This document shows positions 17,396 to 23,384 of a stretch of 31,427 nt of DNA, piece after piece. How positions within the stretch are numbered: position 1 is the first letter of the stretch; every line of letters begins with the position of its first letter. Source of the DNA: a virus (taxonomy: Duplodnaviria > Caudoviricetes); IMG/VR virus record IMGVR_UViG_3300044858_002901, positions 1 through 31,427 of that record; one strand, given 5' to 3'. The translations under genes and the position numbers were made by a program. The notes beneath the pieces are model-generated. The model saw nothing but the letters and a program-made list of their open reading frames with translations. It did no database searches and was not told the DNA's origin.

Positions 17396-17625
17396 TTCTT
17401 GCCGACGCCCTTCATCCGCAGCCTCAGTAGCCGCCTTCGTTCGTCCATTGAGTCCCGTCGCTTCTGGAGCCGCTTTCGCTCGCGGCCGTCATAAAACACC
17501 ACCCACAACTCCAGGCGTTCATCAATCCAGTGAATGCCACGATCCAGCCTGCGAAGCGTCTCTCTGTCCTTCTGTGAAATCGCGGAGCCACGACTCGAAC
17601 GTGGGCCTTGAGTGCGCTTACTCAT
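17392..17625 (-). CDS. cassette 1 gene, basic hypothetical protein
   Basis: MSKRTQG... (alternative GTG start at 17637). The TAG stop lies inside the GTTCTAT core. Confidence 0.65.
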   Translation of the reverse strand: MSKRTQGPRSSRGSAISQKDRETLRRLDRGIHWIDERLELWVVFYDGRERKRLQKRRDSMDERRRLLRLRMKGVGKK

Positions 17626-17654
17626 GTTCTGCACCACCTAAACTACTCCGCGAA

Positions 17655-17705
17655 ATAGAACCACGCGATGCTGCGGACTAACGCCGCAGATCGCTGGCGT
17701 TCTGT
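17655..17705 (+). repeat. attC-like site 1 (51 bp)
   Basis: ATAGAAC-CACGC-GATGCTGC-GGACTAACGCC-GCAGATC-GCTGGC-GTTCTGT. Confidence 0.85.
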
Positions 17706-17707
17706 GG

Positions 17708-17917
17708 CTACTCGCACTCCAGCGAAACAAACGCCGGGACGAAAGCACCGCCGTAGGTGTCTCGGGTCTGCCGGAGAGCGTCTACCAGTTCCTGCCGCTG
17801 CTTCTGCAACTTGGCGATCACGGCGACAAGACGCCCCATAAGTTCAACGTCGCCGTATATGTCGGATTCCTGGCCGCTTGTGATTCGGTAGTTTGCGATC
17901 TCAACAATATCGTCCAT
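17708..17917 (-). CDS. cassette 2 gene, 69-aa hypothetical protein
   Basis: MDDIVEIANY...; GAGGTG RBS; coiled-coil-like segment. Confidence 0.7.
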   Translation of the reverse strand: MDDIVEIANYRITSGQESDIYGDVELMGRLVAVIAKLQKQRQELVDALRQTRDTYGGAFVPAFVSLECE

Positions 17918-17942
17918 GACTTCACCTCGTTTTTCTACGCTC

Positions 17943-17991
17943 ACAGAACCACGCGATGCAGCGGACGAGCCGCTGATCGCTGGCGTTCTCA
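17943..17991 (+). repeat. attC-like site 2 (49 bp)
   Basis: ACAGAAC-CACGC-GATGCAGC-GGACGAGCC-GCTGATC-GCTGGC-GTTCTCA. Confidence 0.85.
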
Positions 17992-18315
17992 CTTCGTTCG
18001 TTCCAGTAGGTCGCAGATCGCTTCGTAATCTTCAATCTGCTGCATTGTCATGTCGTTGTGATCCATGTCGCGGAACGCGATCCTCACCCTGTCCACCGCC
18101 TCCCGCTCCTCGTCGGTGAGCGTCGGCGAGCGGTAAAGCGGGACGACGCCGTGATTCCCTGTAACAGCCTCGTCAATCGCCTTGGCCTCTTCCTCGATGC
18201 CATAGACATCGTAGATTCGCTGGCCGTCAGCAAGCATCACAGCCCACGCAACTGGCTCCCCGTGAGAACCAGCGGATGCAAGAGACGGCTCGTTGGTGTC
18301 GTTTGGTTTGGTCAT
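17989..18315 (-). CDS. cassette 3 gene, LTDEEREA-family protein
   Basis: 108 aa, EPVAWAV...VVPLYRSPTLTDEEREA...LLERTK. AAGGAG RBS and ATG lie inside the attC3 loop. Confidence 0.8.
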   Translation of the reverse strand: MTKPNDTNEPSLASAGSHGEPVAWAVMLADGQRIYDVYGIEEEAKAIDEAVTGNHGVVPLYRSPTLTDEEREAVDRVRIAFRDMDHNDMTMQQIEDYEAICDLLERTK

Positions 18316-18352
18316 GTCTTCTCCTTGCCGCTCCTGATCCTTGTCGTTCTAC
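18263..18352 (+). repeat. attC-like site 3 (90 bp)
   Basis: TGAGAAC-CAGCG-GATGCAAG-AG(A)CGGC...GCCGCT-CCTGATC-CTTGTC-GTTCTAC. Confidence 0.78.
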
Positions 18353-18379
18353 GTCTCCACTTTCGCTCAAGAGCGCAAT

Positions 18380-18502
18380 TCAGCGGCGTCGCCGATGCCA
18401 GCGAGGCCGATGGCTGGGCTTGTGCGGGAACCCGATAGACAATGCGCCCATCATCACGACGAATACCGCCAAAGCCAGGACGATAACCGCTGTTTCGCTC
18501 AT
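18380..18502 (-). CDS. cassette 4 gene, 40-aa membrane peptide with Arg-rich tail
   Basis: MSETAVIVLALAVFVVMMGALSIGFPHKPSHRPRWHRRRR; GAGGG RBS. Confidence 0.65.
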   Translation of the reverse strand: MSETAVIVLALAVFVVMMGALSIGFPHKPSHRPRWHRRRR

Positions 18503-18521
18503 TGTTCCCTCTCTGATTCCC

Positions 18522-18611
18522 AGAGAACCACGCGATGCAGCGGACCCGCGATGCCGCCGTCTGGTTGTAGTTTCGTCAGCGGTCGCGGGCCGCTGATCGC
18601 TGGCGTTCTCA
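18522..18611 (+). repeat. attC-like site 4 (90 bp)
   Basis: AGAGAAC-CACGC-GATGCAGC-GG(A)CCCGCGA...TCGCGGGCC-GCTGATC-GCTGGC-GTTCTCA. Confidence 0.88.
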
Positions 18612-18842
18612 ACCAAGCCGTGCCAGTATCGACTCAATCGCCTTCCTGTGCGGTTCGTACATGATCGTCGGAAGCATCCCGCGCAACGCCTCCCGCTCCT
18701 CGTCGGTGAGCGCGGGCTGCGGCTCGCGGTATGGAGTGCCGTCAGGGTTTTGGCGGACGTAACCTGCCGATGGCGATGTGATCCACTGTCGGAACAATGC
18801 CTGCTGCTGTGAATCGAACCGCGCCTTCTCGTTGCCATCCAT
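18609..18842 (-). CDS. cassette 5 gene, LTDEEREA-family protein
   Basis: 77 aa, MDGNEKARF...QPALTDEEREAL; GGAGG RBS; TGA stop inside the core site. Confidence 0.75.
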   Translation of the reverse strand: MDGNEKARFDSQQQALFRQWITSPSAGYVRQNPDGTPYREPQPALTDEEREALRGMLPTIMYEPHRKAIESILARLG

Positions 18843-18858
18843 GATTGCCTCCATTCGT

Positions 18859-18907
18859 TGAGAACCAAGCGATGCAGCGGACGAGCCGCTGATCGCTGGC
18901 GTTCTCA
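18859..18907 (+). repeat. attC-like site 5 (49 bp)
   Basis: TGAGAAC-CAAGC-GATGCAGC-GGACGAGCC-GCTGATC-GCTGGC-GTTCTCA. Confidence 0.85.
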
Positions 18908-19138
18908 CTTCGTGCGCTCCAACAGCGACCAGAGTTTTGCGGAATCTGCGCCAACAACCCGATACATCGCGCGAAATATCACCTGCCGCTCCTCGTCGGT
19001 GAGCGTGGGCTGCGGAATCCAACTCCTGCGGTCCAGTTCTCTCGCCGCGTCCAGCAAAACGTCACTGTAATCGGCACCGCAAATGTTGAGCGCGTCGCTC
19101 ATGTCTCGCAGCCGTTCGGCCAGTTCGTTCTGTGTCAT
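18905..19138 (-). CDS. LTDEEREA-family protein at right end of array
   Basis: 77 aa, ELAERLR...AAREL...QPTLTDEERQV...LLERTK; AAAGGA RBS. Confidence 0.78.
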   Translation of the reverse strand: MTQNELAERLRDMSDALNICGADYSDVLLDAARELDRRSWIPQPTLTDEERQVIFRAMYRVVGADSAKLWSLLERTK

Positions 19139-19209
19139 ATCAACGTCCTTTCTCGGGCTGCTCTCTGTGGTCAGTGATGATCGCCGCCTATTTTCGCGGT
19201 TTTCGCTGA

Positions 19210-19437
19210 TTATCGGTCAAAATCCACGCGACACCGTGCAATCAGTTTCTCCAGCACGGCCGCGTGCCGCTCCTCTCCGGGCGTGTCGGCGTACGCCGCA
19301 AACCACGCAATCGCCTCCCGCTCCGCTTCGGTGAGCCGCAGGCGTGCGACCTCCGCCTCTAACTGCTGCACTCGCTCCATCGCCTGGATGAGCGCATCCA
19401 GATCGTCAGGCATCATCGGCGGCACAAGATCACTCAT
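19210..19437 (-). CDS. LTEAEREA-family protein (outside attC array)
   Basis: LEAEVARLRLTEAEREAIAWF; ATGA overlap with the upstream gene. Confidence 0.72.
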   Translation of the reverse strand: MSDLVPPMMPDDLDALIQAMERVQQLEAEVARLRLTEAEREAIAWFAAYADTPGEERHAAVLEKLIARCRVDFDR

Positions 19438-19742
19438 GCCACACCTCTCGGTTGATGTATCCGGCGCCGCCATTGCGACACTTTGCTGTGCGTGGTAGTC
19501 ACGTCTTCCGCCATGCGCTCCGCGATGTGACGTGCCTTTAGTTCCGCCTTCATCCGCTCGATCTCGTCTGGCGACGGGTCACGCGATACCTGACACGGCC
19601 GCGTTGGCCGTGCCGGCAGCTTATACCGGGCCGCCATTTTGTACGCCGTACTGGCCGAGACGCCGAAGCGATTGCCAATCGACTCGGCCGTCTCGCCAGC
19701 CATCCACATTCGCGTCAGGATCAATGCCGTCTGGTTCTCCAT
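19434..19742 (-). CDS. HTH protein, GcrA-like N-terminus
   Basis: LTRMWMAGETAESIGNRFGVSASTAYKMAARYKLPAR followed by RDPSPDEIE. Confidence 0.65.
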   Translation of the reverse strand: MENQTALILTRMWMAGETAESIGNRFGVSASTAYKMAARYKLPARPTRPCQVSRDPSPDEIERMKAELKARHIAERMAEDVTTTHSKVSQWRRRIHQPRGVA

Positions 19743-19744
19743 GG

Positions 19745-20854
19745 TCACTCCGTAGCCAGCGGCATGATGACGCCAGTGAACGTGTCGGTGCGGAGCACCA
19801 CGGCTGACTGTGCGTCGGTGGCCTGGACGCTCACCGTGGGCTCGCCGTCGGCCGGCAGGCCCGACAGCCACTCCCTGACGAACACCGGATCGAGCTTCAC
19901 CGTGCACGCCTTGCCGGCCTCCACGATGTCGCACGTCACGCTCGACTCGCCGGCCTCGGCCGACTGCCCGTGCAGGTGGATGCCCTCGGCAGTGAACGTG
20001 TACTGCACCCCCTTCGACTGCTCGCTCGTCACGATTGCCGCCGCCCTGGTCGCCGACAGCAACTCCGTGGCCAGCACCGTAGTCGGCTCGCCGCCATCCG
20101 ACGGGATCACGTCACGCCACCGCGGGAACCGGCCATCGGTCAGCCGAGCCGTGACGGTCGTGCCGCCAATCGTGGCCAGCAGCTCGTTGCCGGTGGCCTC
20201 CAGCTGCACAGAGCCATCCCCCGCCGCAACGGCGACGCGGGCGAGGATCTGCATCACCCGGCTCGGCACGAGCGTCGTGCTGTCATCCACCGCCAGGTCA
20301 TGCTCCATCTCGCACGAGCACAGCCGGCGGCCGTCCGTGGCCACGAACGTGACCACGCCGTCCTTCACGTCCACGAGCACGGCCCCGAGGGCGAACCGGC
20401 TGGACTCCTGGTCAGCCGCGAACACCACGCCACGCACCGCCCGAGCGAACTGGTCCGCCGGCAGCCGAGTCACCGGCTTGGCGTCCGCCGGCTCCCAGAT
20501 CGGGTATTCAGCCGCGTCCTCGACGGGCAGCGTCCACGTGCCGTGGCCACACCGCACGACGCACTGCGTCCCCTTCGTCTCCAGCGTCACCTCGTCACCT
20601 CCGGCAGCGCCGAGGATCGCCATGAGCCGTCCGTGCGGCAGCAGCATGGCATCGCCGTGGTAGTCGATGGCGGCGTCGATCCGCACCTCGAGGTCCGTGC
20701 CGGTTACGAGCCCGTCACCCAGACGCACGTTCGTCAGCACCGGCTTCGGTGCCCGGCTTGGCACCGCCGGACTGACAGCGGCGAGAGCACTCCTCAGATC
20801 GGCGACGCTCAATGTCACGCCACCACTCCGCTTGCGTTCCTTCGTTGCGGCCAT
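19745..20854 (-). CDS. dnaN: DNA polymerase III beta sliding clamp
   Basis: 369 aa with PKPVLTNV, GTDLE, SRFALGAV, VATDGRRL, RLTDGRFP and GVIMPL motifs. Confidence 0.93.
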   Translation of the reverse strand: MAATKERKRSGGVTLSVADLRSALAAVSPAVPSRAPKPVLTNVRLGDGLVTGTDLEVRIDAAIDYHGDAMLLPHGRLMAILGAAGGDEVTLETKGTQCVVRCGHGTWTLPVEDAAEYPIWEPADAKPVTRLPADQFARAVRGVVFAADQESSRFALGAVLVDVKDGVVTFVATDGRRLCSCEMEHDLAVDDSTTLVPSRVMQILARVAVAAGDGSVQLEATGNELLATIGGTTVTARLTDGRFPRWRDVIPSDGGEPTTVLATELLSATRAAAIVTSEQSKGVQYTFTAEGIHLHGQSAEAGESSVTCDIVEAGKACTVKLDPVFVREWLSGLPADGEPTVSVQATDAQSAVVLRTDTFTGVIMPLATE

Positions 20855-20963
20855 AATCGTTCTGTCCTTTCTTCATCGACACTCCCACCAAAACGCCCAG
20901 CACGAACGTGCCGGCAAGCGTCAGGTGGCCAATCGCAATCAGCACAAACTGCTCTGCGGTCAT
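20715..20963 (-). CDS. small membrane protein (overlaps dnaN 5' end)
   Basis: N-terminal TM segment (FVLIAIGHLTLAGTFVLGVLVGV); ATGA overlap upstream; 140-bp overlap with dnaN. Confidence 0.5.
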   Translation of the reverse strand: MTAEQFVLIAIGHLTLAGTFVLGVLVGVSMKKGQNDYGRNEGTQAEWWRDIERRRSEECSRRCQSGGAKPGTEAGADERASG

Positions 20964-21196
20964 AGCCCCATCCCCGGGTCTTCGTCGTCCAGCAACGGAA
21001 AACTACGCGACGCCAACTCGGCCTCGACAATCTCCAAACACTTGGCGTTGCTCGTCACACGCTCCATCAGCTGCTCGATCACAAGCGACGCCCGCTCGAG
21101 CAACCGCCGGCTGCGGTCGTCAACGTCGTCATCCCACGCGCGACGCAGGCATGCGTTCGCAATCGCCCGCGGCGAGACCTGGCGGCGTGGCCTCAT
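20960..21196 (-). CDS. hypothetical protein
   Basis: MRPRRQVSPRAIA...; GAGGTG RBS; ATGA overlap. Confidence 0.65.
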   Translation of the reverse strand: MRPRRQVSPRAIANACLRRAWDDDVDDRSRRLLERASLVIEQLMERVTSNAKCLEIVEAELASRSFPLLDDEDPGMGL

Positions 21197-21414
21197 GACA
21201 CCACCTCGATTCCACGAGTCTGACGGGCACGGCGACGCAACAGCCCCTTCTTCTCCAGGGCACGGATGTGGCACATCGCACCGTTGGGAGAACGGAACCC
21301 GAAGTGGTCGCATATCTCGCGGACTGTCGGGCCGCAGAGCGCGGTGCGTTCGCGGACGAACGCAAGGATCTCTCGCTGGCGGTCGGTGGCGGGTGGCGGC
21401 TGCGTGGTGGTCAT
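21193..21414 (-). CDS. LexA-type winged-helix DNA-binding domain only
   Basis: TDRQREILAFV...PTVREICDHFGFRSPNGAMCHIRALEKKGLLRR; no peptidase domain. Confidence 0.88.
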   Translation of the reverse strand: MTTTQPPPATDRQREILAFVRERTALCGPTVREICDHFGFRSPNGAMCHIRALEKKGLLRRRARQTRGIEVVS

Positions 21415-22313
21415 AGGCTCTCGTCCTTGAGTTTGAGTGTCGTGGCAAGCGCAGTTACTACGCCTGCACCTTGCTTGTCTCGGCGCCAGATGGCGTACTC
21501 ACGCTCGGTCATGTTCTGGCCGGCATCGCCACGCCAGTAGCGTTTCTTCGCCTGGTCAACCGGCGGCGGTGTCGCCTGCCGTGCAGCCTCTCGGTGGGTG
21601 CCACCACGATCCTGGCACTTGCTCAGCCACACAGTGGTGAGCCAGCGTCGCCAGTTCGATTTGCGTGCCTTCTTGGGGTTCGCCTTCAGCCACTGATTGG
21701 CCTTGGCGAGTTCAACGGGAAGGTCAGCCGCCGGGTAAGCCTGTGACCATTCCGCATGGTCAGCGTCGGTGATTCCTTCCCAGCCCGATTCCGCAGACCA
21801 CCGAAGCGGATCGGCCGGCTTCGAGCATCGCCGCCGCTGCGGCGTGCTCGGAGCACCCAAAGGATTAGAGGTAGAAGGATTAGAGGTAGAAGGATATAAG
21901 GCGCAAGAAGCCGGGGGATTTCCCGGCTCCAGCGTTGGATTTCCCGGCTTTGCGTTTCGCTCGGGAAAAACGATGGTTTCCGCCGATTCGTCGGGTGGAG
22001 GCAGCCCTTCGTCACGCTCGTCTGGGTGACACCTCTGGTGCTCCCCAAAAGTCGGGATCTCAAGCACCTTCACGTTGCCCGATTCGTAGGCTCGGACGAA
22101 GCCCCTGTCGGCCAGCTGCTTGAGCAGGCCGACGATGTCGCAGTTCTCATACGGGAAGAGCTCGGCCTTGATCCGCAGCGGGCGGAACTCCATCCGGCCC
22201 TGGCTGTCGGCCAGCGTCCAAAGCCCGACGAAGAGCAGACGAGCCATCGGCTCGCACTCGGCCAGGTACTCGTTCTTGAAGAACGACGGCTTGATGCTAC
22301 GAGTGCGTGCCAT
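21411..22313 (-). CDS. phage replication initiator (replisome organiser)
   Basis: MARTRSIKPSFF...ARLLFVGLWTLADSQGR N-terminus, a repetitive linker, and a C-terminal YP..D...EL.KA..WL.ANP domain. Confidence 0.82.
   Translation of the reverse strand: MARTRSIKPSFFKNEYLAECEPMARLLFVGLWTLADSQGRMEFRPLRIKAELFPYENCDIVGLLKQLADRGFVRAYESGNVKVLEIPTFGEHQRCHPDERDEGLPPPDESAETIVFPERNAKPGNPTLEPGNPPASCALYPSTSNPSTSNPLGAPSTPQRRRCSKPADPLRWSAESGWEGITDADHAEWSQAYPAADLPVELAKANQWLKANPKKARKSNWRRWLTTVWLSKCQDRGGTHREAARQATPPPVDQAKKRYWRGDAGQNMTEREYAIWRRDKQGAGVVTALATTLKLKDESL
21860..21949. repeat. iteron-like repeats / putative replication origin
   Basis: AAGGATTAGAGGTAG twice plus AAGGAT (21860-21895); GGATTTCCCGGCT at 21916 and 21937 (21-bp period). 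Confidence 0.55.
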
Positions 22314-23064
22314 CCGTGGCCTCCTGTACGCGCTTAGACCTTTGCGAATCCCTTTGGGCCGCACGCAAATTTGAAGCGCCATTGCCAGCCGGATTTAGAA
22401 GCCCGACGAAAAGAGCCTCAATACGAAGTCTGTCGTTCTTGTCGCAGTGCAATACCCCAACCATCCTGTCGCCAATCTCTGGCCTCGATGCCTGAACACG
22501 AGAAGGAACGTTGATACTTTCTCCTACATAGTGTGCTGTTCCGTCACTATTCCAAGCGATGTACACGCCAGAGAACGGGTCCATGGCGTTGACATCCCTT
22601 GCCGTGTAAAGCGGAGGCGGAGGCGTAGGCAAAGTGTTAAGTAATTTGCCGCACTCAGCCGCAAGGATTGCCTCTCTGGCCTCTGGGTTTCTTGCTGCGT
22701 CACGCCAAGACGCAAAAAGGAACTGCCTCACTATTCCAGCGGGCCACTCAAACCGCTTGACCTTGCCTTCATATCCAGCCTTCTTGATTCGTAGCCCCTT
22801 CGTCTTTGGGTGCAGTTTCTGGTCCGTTTGCCCAACGTCAGCACTGCCGCTCAAGTCCATCGGAAGTCTGTGTTCGTCGCGCCTATTCCAATCAAATGTG
22901 ACGTGAACAGAGCCTTCCGGCTGACGCTTTAAAATCCACACCTTGGCAGCCAGCGGATCGCCGATGTGGTCCAGCTCATAAAACAAATCGAGCGGCGTCC
23001 ACGACGGTTCAAGCACAACAACGCTGGTCGTATTGTCAGGCCACAAGGCAACGACTGTAGGCAT
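22297..23064 (-). CDS. protein with C-terminal GIY-YIG-like nuclease domain
   Basis: SGVYIAW....HYVGESINVPSR...IEALFVGLLNP..N. Visibly less GC-rich than its neighbours. Confidence 0.65.
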   Translation of the reverse strand: MPTVVALWPDNTTSVVVLEPSWTPLDLFYELDHIGDPLAAKVWILKRQPEGSVHVTFDWNRRDEHRLPMDLSGSADVGQTDQKLHPKTKGLRIKKAGYEGKVKRFEWPAGIVRQFLFASWRDAARNPEAREAILAAECGKLLNTLPTPPPPLYTARDVNAMDPFSGVYIAWNSDGTAHYVGESINVPSRVQASRPEIGDRMVGVLHCDKNDRLRIEALFVGLLNPAGNGASNLRAAQRDSQRSKRVQEATDGTHS

Positions 23065-23384
23065 CACGCCACCCTCCAAACCGTGGCCATCCGTCCGCTA
23101 GCCGTCTTCCGCGTCCCGGCCTCGACCACAAGACCACGCCGTGCAAGTTCGATCCGCCGTGGCCGCTGCGTGGACGGGTTCATTGCCAAAGCGGCCTGCT
23201 GTTCCTCGTCTGTGAGACCGTGCGGGTTCTCCCGCAGCAGCTCAAGCACACGCCGCTGTAGTGCGTTCAGCGTCGCCGGCCCGAGCGAGTCGGCAGCTGC
23301 GGCCGAGGTGGCCGAGCCTTTGACGGACGGGGCTCGAGCGGCGAAGAGCGGGCCGGCACAGCCTTCGATGCCGTAGTGGTTCAT
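23064..23384 (-). CDS. winged-helix DNA-binding protein
   Basis: LQRRVLELL...GLTDEE...NPSTQRPRRIELARRGLV..G.RKT.SGR.A.VW; AAAGGA RBS. Confidence 0.75.
   Translation of the reverse strand: MNHYGIEGCAGPLFAARAPSVKGSATSAAAADSLGPATLNALQRRVLELLRENPHGLTDEEQQAALAMNPSTQRPRRIELARRGLVVEAGTRKTASGRMATVWRVA

Noticed and set aside
17655-18907. CRISPR array interpretation of the repeats
   Set aside because: The intervals are 170-270 bp and each contains an ORF. Repeat length varies from 49 to 90 bp, and no cas genes are present.
17655-18907. Repeats as simple intrinsic terminators or REP elements
   Set aside because: There are no U-tracts. The fixed 5/6-nt spacer asymmetry, the extrahelical bases and the cassette-end complementarity are not explained by terminators.
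18097-19340. Diversity-generating retroelement TR/VR pair
   Set aside because: There is no reverse transcriptase in the window, the shared repeat is short, and the differences are not adenine-specific.
23200-23225. GLTDEEQQAA in the winged-helix protein as another LTDEEREA family member
   Set aside because: It falls at the normal helix start of a wHTH and the DNA does not match the 26-bp repeat, so it is probably coincidental.
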